DNA of 64,000 bases from Limnohabitans sp. (GCF_023910625.1 NZ_JAAVVW010000002.1:294024-358023); one strand, 5' to 3'. Numbered from the stretch's first letter, positions 18,585 through 27,846 are shown. Notes: generated from the letters alone by a model not told the origin. Numbers and translations: made by a program.

Positions 18585-20024
18585 TCATAGTTCCTGCTCC
18601 AGACGATAGCGGTTGATCAGGCGATAAATATCGGTTCGGTTGCGCCCGCATAATTTTGCGGCATCATTGATCCGCCAACCGCTCACCTGCAAAGCCAGTA
18701 GCAGTGCCTCGCGTGTCAGCAGGTCCCGCACGAGCGTCAAACCAAGCTGGTCAGCCCAATCCAGCCGCGCCTGCTGCACAACATCAAGTGTGATGACGTG
18801 CCCCCCGCAAATGGATGTGCAGCGTCTAACAAAATTTTTAAGTTCGCGAACGTTACCTGCCCAGGCCATATTGCTCATTTCTTTCAAGCCAGCGCCACTG
18901 AAGGCAACCGTCAATCCTGTTGCGTTGCAGACACTTTGCGCCGCAAAATACTGTGCGAGCAATGCAATGTCAGATCGTCTTTCTTTCAGTGCCGGTAACT
19001 TCAGCCGGGCACCTGCGATGCGGTAATAAAGGTCCTGCCGGAAAAGCCCGTTGGCGCACATGAGTTCCAGGTTCTTGTGGGTGGCACAGACCAGCTGGAA
19101 GCTCACGCGCTTGGCAGAACCTCCGCCCAAGGCCCGAAGCTCACCGGTGTCTAGCACCCGTAGCAGCTTGGCCTGCGTCTGCAGTGACATCTCGCCGACC
19201 TCATCAAGAAACAGCACACCACCGTCGGCCTGCTGAATCAACCCGGCACTAGCCTTGGTAGCACCTGTGAAGGCACCCTGCGCGTAGCCAAAGAGTTCTG
19301 ACTCTATCAATGCCTCGGGCATGGCCGCACAGTTCAGACTGACCAGGGGCCGGTCAGTTTTCGATTTGCAGATAATGCCAGCCACCAACTCCTTGCCAGC
19401 ACCAGTAGGCCCGGTGACCAGAATACTGGTTAGCGTTTGGGCCAGCTTGCGGGCTTGCGAAACAAGGCGAACAACACTGGGGTTCGTGGTGACGAGATCG
19501 TCTTCCTTTACACACCCCACCACAAGTGCTTCGTTGTGCGTGGCATGCAATATCCGGGCTATGGTGTGGGCTTGATGGGCAGAATCATCCGAGCCGCGCA
19601 ACGCCTGGTCTGCGCCCAATTGACTCAGGCGCATCAGCCCGGCTACGGAATCAAATTCTGCAAAACCGAAAATCGGAACTGTGGGCGTCAGCCCCCGCAG
19701 GACAAAGCCAACGGGAACGGCCAGCGGGGGGTATGTCAAATGCACATCAGCAACCCAGGCACGGCAAACTGGCGATGCGTTTAACAGTTGCGCCAGACTG
19801 ACCATATCAGGCACAGCGCGCGCCGTTATATTTTTGCGCGCCAAAGCCACGACCAGAGATGCGGCTTTTTGTGCGTCCTGCACCACGACCCACACGATCG
19901 GAACCTGATGGTCCCCGGCCATGGAAACGGATGCTGCAACGGCAAGGCCGGAGGCCACTGAAGCAGCTTGCACATCCAAATCTCTCAATGTTGTATCCAC
20001 AGGAGATGCAGTCTGTGCGGGCAT
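18585..20024 (-). CDS. Sigma-54-dependent transcriptional activator (bEBP) with an atypical receiver-like N-domain
   Basis: Walker A is VTGPTGAGKE. The GAFTGA loop is GYAQGAFTGATK. Also LFLDEVGEM, an R-finger region, and a C-terminal HTH (AAKLCGRNRTDIYRLI). Confidence 0.9.
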   Translation of the reverse strand: MPAQTASPVDTTLRDLDVQAASVASGLAVAASVSMAGDHQVPIVWVVVQDAQKAASLVVALARKNITARAVPDMVSLAQLLNASPVCRAWVADVHLTYPPLAVPVGFVLRGLTPTVPIFGFAEFDSVAGLMRLSQLGADQALRGSDDSAHQAHTIARILHATHNEALVVGCVKEDDLVTTNPSVVRLVSQARKLAQTLTSILVTGPTGAGKELVAGIICKSKTDRPLVSLNCAAMPEALIESELFGYAQGAFTGATKASAGLIQQADGGVLFLDEVGEMSLQTQAKLLRVLDTGELRALGGGSAKRVSFQLVCATHKNLELMCANGLFRQDLYYRIAGARLKLPALKERRSDIALLAQYFAAQSVCNATGLTVAFSGAGLKEMSNMAWAGNVRELKNFVRRCTSICGGHVITLDVVQQARLDWADQLGLTLVRDLLTREALLLALQVSGWRINDAAKLCGRNRTDIYRLINRYRLEQEL

Positions 20025-20044
20025 ATGCAGGTACGAATAGTCTG

Positions 20045-21358
20045 TTAGACGTGCGACATCAGCTCGAACGCTTTCTCAGGCGGCATCAGTCGGTAAAGAG
20101 AGCTCATGTGTATATCCGCAATGGCAGCAGCGACGCGATAATCATTTGCGCACTGTCGTAAAGTCATTCGCAAGTAGTTGTCAATTGGATCTGCGCGCAC
20201 CCGACTCAAGTCAACGAGCTGCTGAATGGAGTCAGATCTACCCCCATCCATCAGATCTTCAAGATGTAGCTGCTCAATCCGCCCGTAGTCAGCAAGTGCC
20301 GCAGCACTGCGCACGACTGATCGCAGTTGCCGTACATTGCCTGGCCAATCCCCGCTCGCCAACATCGCCAGGCAACCATCTTCAAACATGACATTGCGGT
20401 CTGTATCGTCTCCATTTAATTCTCTTGCAAATTTTCGCGCCAGGGCGGCGATGTCGGTCAGACGCTCGCGCAGCGGCGGAACACGCAGTTCTTTGACAGA
20501 AAGGCGGTACAGCAAGTCCTCCCTGAATTGCCCGGCCGCCACCAGCGCTGACAAATCCTGATTGGTCGTGGACAAGATTCTGATGTCCACTTTTACCGTG
20601 GCGCCTGAACCGACAGGTCGTACCTCACGCTCCTGAATGACGCGCAGCATTTTTGCCTGTAGCGACAGCGGTAAGGCCGCCACCTCGTCCAGCAACAAAA
20701 TACCCCCCTCAGCCTCGCGTATGAGCCCGAGTTTTTCCCGGGTGGCACCGGTGAATGCGTTTTTCGCATGACCAAAAAGCTCTGCATCAGCAAGGTCTAA
20801 AGGCAGTGCCGGGCAGTTGAGTACCACCATCGGCTTGTTTGCACGGCGACTGATTTTATGTATCAGCGACGCACAAAGCTCTTTGCCACTTCCAGAAGGT
20901 CCTGAAATCAGCACGTCGCTATCACCCAGAGCCAGCAGATCTATCGATGAGGCCAGCGCATTGGTCCGCGCGCTGTGAGCGCATAGCGTTTGCCGACTGA
21001 CCGTAGCGGTCTTTGTGACAGGTTTGAGTGTGCGTTCAATGGTCTGATGCGACGCGTCGTGAGCAATCAGATTGCTGACGCCCGCCTGGATGAGTTGCAT
21101 GCTGGTCTCAGGCTTATCGTCGGACAACCAGACGAATATGGGTGTTGCAGGAACCACACGACGTATCGATGCAATGTCAGCCAGTATGGGGCCTGCCGAG
21201 TCCGCCAACACCACCATCGGCACACTTTTCGAATCGAGCAATGAGAGCCAGCTGGTTGTCTTTGGGCAGTCATAAACAGACCAGCCCGTTTGCTCCGCAA
21301 GCGCTTGAATAACAAACAGCTGCTTGAGCGTCAAATTTTTGTGGAAAACAACTGTCAT
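20045..21358 (-). CDS. Sigma-54-dependent transcriptional activator (second, tandem bEBP)
   Basis: ISGPSGSGKE. GHAKNAFTGATR is a GAFTGA variant (NAFTGA). LLLDEVAAL. Receiver-like N-terminal domain. The ATG at 21358 is preferred over the TTG at 21373. Confidence 0.85.
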   Translation of the reverse strand: MTVVFHKNLTLKQLFVIQALAEQTGWSVYDCPKTTSWLSLLDSKSVPMVVLADSAGPILADIASIRRVVPATPIFVWLSDDKPETSMQLIQAGVSNLIAHDASHQTIERTLKPVTKTATVSRQTLCAHSARTNALASSIDLLALGDSDVLISGPSGSGKELCASLIHKISRRANKPMVVLNCPALPLDLADAELFGHAKNAFTGATREKLGLIREAEGGILLLDEVAALPLSLQAKMLRVIQEREVRPVGSGATVKVDIRILSTTNQDLSALVAAGQFREDLLYRLSVKELRVPPLRERLTDIAALARKFARELNGDDTDRNVMFEDGCLAMLASGDWPGNVRQLRSVVRSAAALADYGRIEQLHLEDLMDGGRSDSIQQLVDLSRVRADPIDNYLRMTLRQCANDYRVAAAIADIHMSSLYRLMPPEKAFELMSHV

Positions 21359-21389
21359 CGCGTTAGATGCCAAATATACGCAGAGTTAC

Positions 21390-21716
21390 ACGCGTCTACC
21401 ATTGACCATGCCGCAGCAATACCGCCAGCGCTGGCAGGTCGAGTTGTTTTTCAAATGGATCAAGCAGCACCTGCGCATCAAGACGTTTTATGGCACCAAC
21501 GAGAACGCGGTCAAGACGAAAATCTGGATCGCGGTCTGCACATACGTGCTGATCGCTATTGCCAAGAAACGCTTGCATCTGCCCAACAGTCTTCATGAAA
21601 TCCTACAAATCCTGAGCTTGACCATGTTTGAAACAACCCCAATAAATCAACTACCTACACCAACCGAGCCTGACAAACATTCGGAATTTGAGCCTCAACA
21701 GCTCTCTCTCCTCTGA
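21390..21716 (+). pseudogene. 3' remnant of an IS4-family transposase gene
   Basis: Only the C-terminal ~105 aa are present: ...QQYRQRWQVELFFKWIKQHLRIKTFYGTNENAVKTKIWIAVCTYVLIAI... This carries the YREK motif. No upstream catalytic region exists, and the left edge abuts the bEBP start. Confidence 0.75.
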
Positions 21717-21926
21717 AAAACGTTGGGACACTACTGGCTTTTTTTGAAATCTTAAGTAACAAATCTTAGCAATATTCATGCCTTAATCCGTTCCGCAACC
21801 TGCATGGATGCTGGATTGATGGGGCTTCTAGGGGCGACTATTTGGTGAAGTGTCGAAACCCGCCCCCAATCTTGTATGCCCCTTTGTTTTATATTGTAAG
21901 TACGCTTACCTTATCTGCGCAACCAG

Positions 21927-21950
21927 TTGAATCGCCCCGGGGCGATTCAA
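21927..21950 (-). terminator. Perfect 24-bp palindrome directly after the sctT stop (possible terminator, no U-tract)
   Basis: TTGAATCGCCCC/GGGGCGATTCAA, located 2 nt downstream of the sctT stop codon (21952-21954). Confidence 0.45.
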
Positions 21951-21951
21951 T

Positions 21952-22767
21952 TCAACGCGTCAACACCGGCAACAAATTTGCCAACCGGGGCATGAGTTGC
22001 ACCAGACGTTCGGCCATAAACGCAAGCGCCACGAGCAGAAGCCACCAAGACAACGCAAGCTTGATCGGTACAGAGACATCTTGGATGGAAACCTGTGGTG
22101 CGGCTTTGTTGATCACCCCCAGTGCCAGGTCTACCAGTAACATAACCAGAAGAATGGGGGCCGCAAACAGCATGGACAGCACGAACAGGCTTTTGACCTC
22201 GTAATACACGAGATTCAAAAACGATTGACTCATAAGCGGCAGTGCGTGTTGTGCGGGCCATGCCTTGAAGGAGACCGACAAGGTTTCGACAAACAGCATG
22301 AGGCCGCCGCTGCTTAAAAACAGCATGATGAACACCTGTTGCAAAAACGTGCTGGTCACACTGACCTGGTTGCCTGAAAACGGATCCGTAGACTGGGTAA
22401 AGGTCAACTGGTTTTGAAAGTCAATCAACTCACCCGCCTGGGACAAGGTGTGAAACGGCAGCGCCCATAAAAACCCGATGCCCATGCCGATCAGGATTTC
22501 TTTCATGACAAAGAATGGCCAGAGGCCACTACCAGCCAAGCCGCTAAAGCCGGGCGCACTGGACGCGTTAAAGCCGGCATAGGCAAAGAAGACCGCCAGA
22601 GGAAATGCAAACGCGAGCCTTGCTGTGGCTGGCATGACTTCCTTAAAAAACAGCGGCAACATCCACAAGGCAGCAGCGGTACGCGGGAAAGTCGCGAACA
22701 CGGCACTGAACCACGAGATACCCAGCCCAGGCAGGTCAAGCAGGTTCAGGCTGGCCGCTGTCGTCAT
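21952..22767 (-). CDS. sctT: T3SS export apparatus protein SctT (YscT/HrcT/EscT family)
   Basis: 271 aa polytopic protein in the conserved R-S-T order. ATGA overlap with sctS. Confidence 0.85.
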   Translation of the reverse strand: MTTAASLNLLDLPGLGISWFSAVFATFPRTAAALWMLPLFFKEVMPATARLAFAFPLAVFFAYAGFNASSAPGFSGLAGSGLWPFFVMKEILIGMGIGFLWALPFHTLSQAGELIDFQNQLTFTQSTDPFSGNQVSVTSTFLQQVFIMLFLSSGGLMLFVETLSVSFKAWPAQHALPLMSQSFLNLVYYEVKSLFVLSMLFAAPILLVMLLVDLALGVINKAAPQVSIQDVSVPIKLALSWWLLLVALAFMAERLVQLMPRLANLLPVLTR

Positions 22768-23036
22768 TTGCGCCTGGGTTTGAGCATCTGGGCAAACATT
22801 TCGTCGCCAAAGTGGCGCACCTGCCCCCCAATCCATTCAGATGACAGCGCCAGCACAATCGAGACAACAACCAGTTTGATGGCAAAGCTGGCGCTGCTGT
22901 CTTGCAACTGGGTCACTGCCTGAAACAGCGCCCAAACCAAACCCACGACAGTAGCCGCCACAATGACAGGGGCCAGCACCATAAGGGCGACCACCAGCAT
23001 GCGCTGGGACAAAACGATGACTTCACCTGTCAGCAT
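22764..23036 (-). CDS. sctS: T3SS export apparatus protein SctS
   Basis: 90 aa with a two-TM hairpin. ...ALFQAVTQLQDSSASFAIKLV... is typical of SctS/FliQ. Confidence 0.9.
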   Translation of the reverse strand: MLTGEVIVLSQRMLVVALMVLAPVIVAATVVGLVWALFQAVTQLQDSSASFAIKLVVVSIVLALSSEWIGGQVRHFGDEMFAQMLKPRRK

Positions 23037-23082
23037 GGCAAGTCCTTTGCAAAATTGACGATCAATACAGGTCGCGCCATGA

Positions 23083-23727
23083 CTATCGGTATGACAACAC
23101 CATCACCTGAAAAAGTTTGGTCCAACCGTCCAGCACCACAAAAAGCAGCAGCTTGAACGGCAACGAAATAATGGTGGGCGACAACATTTGCATGCCCAGC
23201 GTCATGATGACGGTGGCCACAATGATGTCAATCAGGATGAAGGGCAAAAACAGCAAAAAGCCGATTTCAAAGGCCGAGGTCAACTCGCTCAAGGTAAAGG
23301 CGGGCGCAAGAATCACCAGATCATCGGGCTTGATGTCGGCAGCCACTTCGGGCGGCATGATCTCTTTGGCTGTTTGTAAAAAAAACTGCCGCTCCTTCTC
23401 GCCGCTGTGCTTGGCCAAAAACTTGCGCAGAGGCTCGCGCGCCGACTGTGCCAGCCCAAGCATCTGGGTGGTGCTGCCCAGTTGCATGCCACCGCGGAGA
23501 TGGTCCTGCTTGCCCAGAGCCTCATAGCCTACCGGATACATCACGAAAAAAGTCAAGATGATCGCGATACCGCTGGTGACCGTAGGCGGTGGCACGTTTT
23601 GCAGCCCGAGCGCATTGCGCAACAGCGACGTGACGATGATGATCTTGGTATACGACGTGACCATGACTGCCAGCAAAGGCACCATGGACATCGCCGAAAA
23701 CACCAATAAAAGGTAAAGAGGATCCAT
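23083..23727 (-). CDS. sctR: T3SS export apparatus protein SctR
   Basis: TSYTKIIIVTSLLRNALGLQNVPPPTVTSGIAIILTFFVMYPV is a near-consensus SctR/FliP motif. Confidence 0.95.
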   Translation of the reverse strand: MDPLYLLLVFSAMSMVPLLAVMVTSYTKIIIVTSLLRNALGLQNVPPPTVTSGIAIILTFFVMYPVGYEALGKQDHLRGGMQLGSTTQMLGLAQSAREPLRKFLAKHSGEKERQFFLQTAKEIMPPEVAADIKPDDLVILAPAFTLSELTSAFEIGFLLFLPFILIDIIVATVIMTLGMQMLSPTIISLPFKLLLFVVLDGWTKLFQVMVLSYR

Positions 23728-23736
23728 TGATGAGGC

Positions 23737-24906
23737 CTAGCCGCGCAGCAGCCTGCTGTGTACGCTGGTGACCAACACCCCCAAAACACCGCCAATGTCT
23801 GTGAGCTCGCCAGTCGCAACCTCAGCGCCATTGACCAGCAGGCGCACGCCAAGGGGGTCAATCGGCCTGTTCAGGTCAATGGTGTAACCGGGTTTGAGTT
23901 CAAGCAGTGCATCAAGCGCTATGTCTGCTGTGCCTACCTCGAACATCACCTTCAAAGCCAAGCCAGCCAGCGCAGACCCATGCTGGTCTTCCTGGCTAGG
24001 GTTGGTGTCAATGTCCTCGGTGGCAGGGGCTTGACTGCCATTTTGTAGCGATGCATCGTCAGACTCAGGTGATGGGAAATTCATGGCGTGTGCCGTTTCA
24101 TGGTTAGATGTTTTGAGGCCGTTCCCCGAACCGCTCTGGCCACCGACACTTGCCAGTGCGGGCACTACAAGCAAGCGTGATGCCTGTTCCTGATCCATAT
24201 CAACCCAGACACTCCAGTTGATGTGCTTTGAACAAACCCGAAGCCTGCGCAGCCAGCCTTTGTCTGTGCCGAAGTTATGGCGCAGCCTTACCCAGCTGCC
24301 AGGTTGTAGCTGTTTAAGCTCAAGTGCAGTGAGCTCAGTCCAGCCGCATTGCAGCGAAAGTTCAAGCGGCAGGCCGCCAAGGCACAACTCACCTGATGGC
24401 GCGACTCTGCACCGATAGCTGTGCAGCCAGTCGTAGGGCATGCGCAACTGGCAGCGCACAGGCGCATTCATGTGCTCAGAGCGCCACTCAAGCTCGGCAG
24501 ACACCATCGATGCCGCGCTATGCGGCATGTCTACCGCCATACTTTGCGACAGGGCACTGCGGCTGCCCAGCCCAGCTTTGACAACGTCAAGGGCAAAGCC
24601 AAAGGACTCCTCCAAAAGATCCAACAGCCCTGTGCAATACGCCTCAACCGCCTGGATGCGGTCAATCTCAGGCATGTGGCCTATCGGGCCCTTCAAAAGG
24701 GTGCCCAGTGTGGCGGGGCTGTCAAGAAGCAGCCAGGCGGTACGCGCATCACCCACTATTTCCAGCCAGGCGCGCTCAGCAAATGGCGTGTTCTTTTTGA
24801 CCCAGGTCAGCGCAGCATCGCCCGCCACCACGGGGGCAGACCCATACAAGCGGTTCAAACCCAAAGCATCGGGCTTTTCAAGTCGGGGGAGTTTGACAGG
24901 GTGCAT
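23737..24906 (-). CDS. sctQ: T3SS cytoplasmic sorting platform/C-ring protein SctQ
   Basis: 389 aa. The C-terminal SpoA-like domain is ...LKVMFEVGTADIALDALLELKPGYTIDLNRPIDPLGVRLLVNGAEVATGELTDIGGVLGVLV. Located upstream of sctR. Confidence 0.85.
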   Translation of the reverse strand: MHPVKLPRLEKPDALGLNRLYGSAPVVAGDAALTWVKKNTPFAERAWLEIVGDARTAWLLLDSPATLGTLLKGPIGHMPEIDRIQAVEAYCTGLLDLLEESFGFALDVVKAGLGSRSALSQSMAVDMPHSAASMVSAELEWRSEHMNAPVRCQLRMPYDWLHSYRCRVAPSGELCLGGLPLELSLQCGWTELTALELKQLQPGSWVRLRHNFGTDKGWLRRLRVCSKHINWSVWVDMDQEQASRLLVVPALASVGGQSGSGNGLKTSNHETAHAMNFPSPESDDASLQNGSQAPATEDIDTNPSQEDQHGSALAGLALKVMFEVGTADIALDALLELKPGYTIDLNRPIDPLGVRLLVNGAEVATGELTDIGGVLGVLVTSVHSRLLRG

Positions 24907-24947
24907 CTGGGTTGCCGAAAGTTGGTGCTTTACACAAGTAGCGCCGG

Positions 24948-25436
24948 CTAGTTTGCAGCGCTACTTCGGGCCAGCGGGTTTTGCCATAGTTCGACAGCCT
25001 CTTCTTCAGCCCGCGTATCGGCTTTGGTCGATATTTCGGCCAGCTTGCGCTTGTAGATCAATTCAATACGCTCACGCTCGCGCCTGGCTTTGAGGAAGCC
25101 TGCGCGCACCTCGTCGGCACGCAACTTGGCCTCCAGCAGCTTGTACTCGGCATCCAGAATCCGGGTTTCACAGATCAGGTCTGCCCTTTCAGAAAATTTG
25201 CGCTCGGCCTGAAATTGCGTGACCTGCTGCGACTCCACCAGTCCCGCATTGGTCAGCGCTGAAAACTGCCGGATCATGGCTGCCAGATGTTGCCGGCCGG
25301 CTTCTTGCTCGCGCCGGTGGCCTGCGTGCTCTTCACGCGCTTCACCGACCTCGCGCAGCGTGATGTCAAGCATCGTTTTTGCCCGCTGCTCACGCTGTTG
25401 GCGCAAACGCAGCAGCTTGAAAAGGCGATCAATCAT
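24948..25436 (-). CDS. sctO: Coiled-coil stalk protein SctO-like (YscO/FliJ analog)
   Basis: 162 aa, highly charged and helical. The N-terminus MIDRLFKLLRLRQQREQRAKTML resembles YscO. Located between sctL and sctQ. Confidence 0.6.
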   Translation of the reverse strand: MIDRLFKLLRLRQQREQRAKTMLDITLREVGEAREEHAGHRREQEAGRQHLAAMIRQFSALTNAGLVESQQVTQFQAERKFSERADLICETRILDAEYKLLEAKLRADEVRAGFLKARRERERIELIYKRKLAEISTKADTRAEEEAVELWQNPLARSSAAN

Positions 25437-26148
25437 CAGAAAAGTCCCCCGTCGCCTGGTCGTCGTCCCCACAAGTCGGTTCGTCGCTTACCCCGGCGTC
25501 GTGAAAGTTGGCGTCCATTTCAAATATCTTCTCAAGGTAAGACAGCTGCGTTCTCAAGCGCCCGTCAATCAGCCCGTCGCTGGTCTGCAAGATCACATCA
25601 CCATCGTCAAGCTCCAGGCTTTCTTTGACAATCAGCCGGACCCGGTTAAGCGACCCGTCCTGCGCAGCACGCTGGCGTGTGCGAAAGTCTTCAAGTGCAT
25701 TGCGCAACATGGGCGCAGTTGCAGGGGACACCATAAAAACCAGCGGTGCGTCTTGCCAGAACTGCTGGACCAGTCGAATGGCGCGTTGCTCCAGCGCAGC
25801 GCCGGGCCCAGCGTCATGCAGCATTTTTTCTACACATGCCACAGCGGCCCACGCCACCTTCTGGCGCAATCGCTGTGCAGTCTGTGCAACATCATGATGA
25901 AAATCAAGCGTCAGGCGCGTCAGTTCAGCATGGGCCAGTTGTTCACCACGCTGCACTGCCGCCTCTACCTGTCGCTCGCATTCATGCTGCGCCTGTAGTC
26001 GCATCTCATTGCACTGGACGCGTGTTTTTTCAAGCAAATCTGAACATTCATGCAACGTGCCCAGTTGATCCGGGCTTAGCACATTGTTGGCGGCCACCAG
26101 CCGCACATTGCGGTCAGACCACAAAAGCATGGTGACGTCCCTCGCCAT
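25429..26148 (-). CDS. sctL: T3SS stator protein SctL (YscL/HrpE/FliH family)
   Basis: 239 aa. Central charged helix, then a C-terminal FliH/SctL-like block RLIVKESLELDDGDVILQTSDGLIDGRLRTQLSYLEKIF. Confidence 0.7.
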   Translation of the reverse strand: MARDVTMLLWSDRNVRLVAANNVLSPDQLGTLHECSDLLEKTRVQCNEMRLQAQHECERQVEAAVQRGEQLAHAELTRLTLDFHHDVAQTAQRLRQKVAWAAVACVEKMLHDAGPGAALEQRAIRLVQQFWQDAPLVFMVSPATAPMLRNALEDFRTRQRAAQDGSLNRVRLIVKESLELDDGDVILQTSDGLIDGRLRTQLSYLEKIFEMDANFHDAGVSDEPTCGDDDQATGDFSDD

Positions 26149-26172
26149 AAAAAGGTGCTACGCCGCTGTGCG

Positions 26173-27204
26173 TCATACAGCTGCAATCAATTGACGCGCC
26201 CGCGCCTGAAACTCAGAAGGTACCGGCTGTCCAGGCTGGGTTTGTGCAAAAACGGCCGTGGCAAAACGCGCGTCCTTCACCACCCGAATGTCTTCAGCCC
26301 TGGCCGCCGTCAACAGCTTTTCACCACTCACGCCAGACGCATGAATCAGCACCAGCGGCTCTGGGTTGAACTCTGGGTTGTCGTACAGCCCCAGGACCGA
26401 ACCCGCACCGTCCAGCACCATCACCTGACAAAACCCAAGGTTGCGGTACATGCGCTCAAGCGGGTCATCGCCCTGCGCCTCTTTGCGAGCCTCTTGGACC
26501 TCCTTGCTGGGACTGTCGTCTTTTTGCTCACGTTTAAGTTCGGTTTTGCTCATGTACTGCTCTTGGTACCAAATACGGCGCTGAATCATGTAGTCGATGA
26601 TGGCCAGCACAATCAGGCACAGGGCACTCCATAGAAAAGTTTGCGCCATCACATTCACCGCTACTTGCAGCCCAGCCCCAATGCTGCCCTTGGGCAGCCC
26701 CAACACGTCCGGCGCAAATGACTTCACGACAAAAAACAAGCACAGCCCAATCGATGCCATTTTGGCGATGGACATGAGGATCTGCGTCAGCGAGCGTTTT
26801 GAGAAAAGCCGCTTGAAGCCTTCAGCCGGGTGAATGCGCTCCAGCTTGGGCATGGCCGCCGCGATAGCCAGCAGCGGCCCCACCTGCAAAAAGTCAAACG
26901 CCATAGACGCGGCTGCAACCAGCAGCAGCATAGGCAACAGCAGTGAGACGCCTAGCTGCACCGTGTATAGGCCCAACTGAAGATAGGCGTCTTTTTGCCC
27001 CCTGCCGATGGCGCCTATGACGCCATTGAGCAAGGCCCCAACGTCTTCTGCGATGACCCGAAACTGAAAGAACAGATAGATGCCGATCGCCAGAAAAGCA
27101 ACCGTTTTACTGACATCGACACTGCGCCCCACATTACCCTCTTCGCGAGACTTTCTAAGTTTTCGCGCAGTGGGCTTTTCGGTCTTTTCTTCTGAAGAGC
27201 TCAT
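26173..27204 (-). CDS. sctU: T3SS export switch protein SctU (YscU/HrcU/FlhB family), lacking NPTH
   Basis: MSSSEEKTEKPTARKLRKSREEGNVGRS is the canonical N-terminus. 4 TM segments. The C-domain aligns to YscU, but the NPTH position reads DGAG (…CQVMVLDGAGSVLGLY…). Confidence 0.9.
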   Translation of the reverse strand: MSSSEEKTEKPTARKLRKSREEGNVGRSVDVSKTVAFLAIGIYLFFQFRVIAEDVGALLNGVIGAIGRGQKDAYLQLGLYTVQLGVSLLLPMLLLVAAASMAFDFLQVGPLLAIAAAMPKLERIHPAEGFKRLFSKRSLTQILMSIAKMASIGLCLFFVVKSFAPDVLGLPKGSIGAGLQVAVNVMAQTFLWSALCLIVLAIIDYMIQRRIWYQEQYMSKTELKREQKDDSPSKEVQEARKEAQGDDPLERMYRNLGFCQVMVLDGAGSVLGLYDNPEFNPEPLVLIHASGVSGEKLLTAARAEDIRVVKDARFATAVFAQTQPGQPVPSEFQARARQLIAAV

Positions 27205-27397
27205 GGTGTGGGCAGGGTCTGTACATCAAAGGGTGGGCTCAATTCAGTTCAAACCCCTGCACAGTGCATCTGCAGAACGTCATGTTCAAAACCGACGCCC
27301 CAAAGGATTTTTCGCACCCCTCAGCACCTGGTAAGTTGATTGTTGACCTTATGCGCTTGTGATTGGGCTTTGCAAGATGTCACACCACACCGGTGCC

Positions 27398-27742
27398 TCA
27401 TGGCTCTTGCGTTTTCTTTTTCTCTTCGTTTTTATTCACCTTGGGTTCAGGTGCGAACAAGTTAAGCAAAGAAGCTATCGAGGTAGGCCCCACCCCACCA
27501 AAAATGCCCGCAAGAAAAGAGAAGACTTTTTCAAAAGATAGCCCATTTGAGGCTCCGCCCGCGTCAGTTTTCTTGACAGTTCCGGCTACAGTTCCGTTTA
27601 GCGTATTGACTCCAGGCGAGATACTTGAAGTTTCAGTAACGTTTAGTGGCGATTTTTCCCACGTGGGCGTGGACTCTGGAACGTTATTAGGGAAGATACG
27701 TGATCCCGGGTTGACGCCGACTCCGCTTACACCGTTTGTCAT
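27398..27742 (-). CDS. Small Cys-free Gly/Ser/Asn/Thr-rich protein (candidate T3SS substrate)
   Basis: 114 aa from MTNGVSGVGVNPGS.... No Cys. C-terminal hydrophobic Gly-rich tail GLSFEKVFSFLAGIFGGVGPT. AT-rich region, so the ORF call is uncertain. Confidence 0.4.
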   Translation of the reverse strand: MTNGVSGVGVNPGSRIFPNNVPESTPTWEKSPLNVTETSSISPGVNTLNGTVAGTVKKTDAGGASNGLSFEKVFSFLAGIFGGVGPTSIASLLNLFAPEPKVNKNEEKKKTQEP

Positions 27743-27846
27743 TGCTGTTCTCCTTTTGATTAAGTTGATTTCATTGTTCAATACACCGTCTTCACTGGAC
27801 CTCAAAGGTCAAGGCTATTGCGTCGGCTCGATGACGTCTCAATTTG

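Noticed and set aside
27205-27397. Sigma-54 promoter directly upstream of sctU.
   Set aside because: The only GG...GC candidates (around 27321-27341 and 27381-27400 on the minus strand) have 11-nt spacing. sctU is therefore probably transcribed from further upstream.
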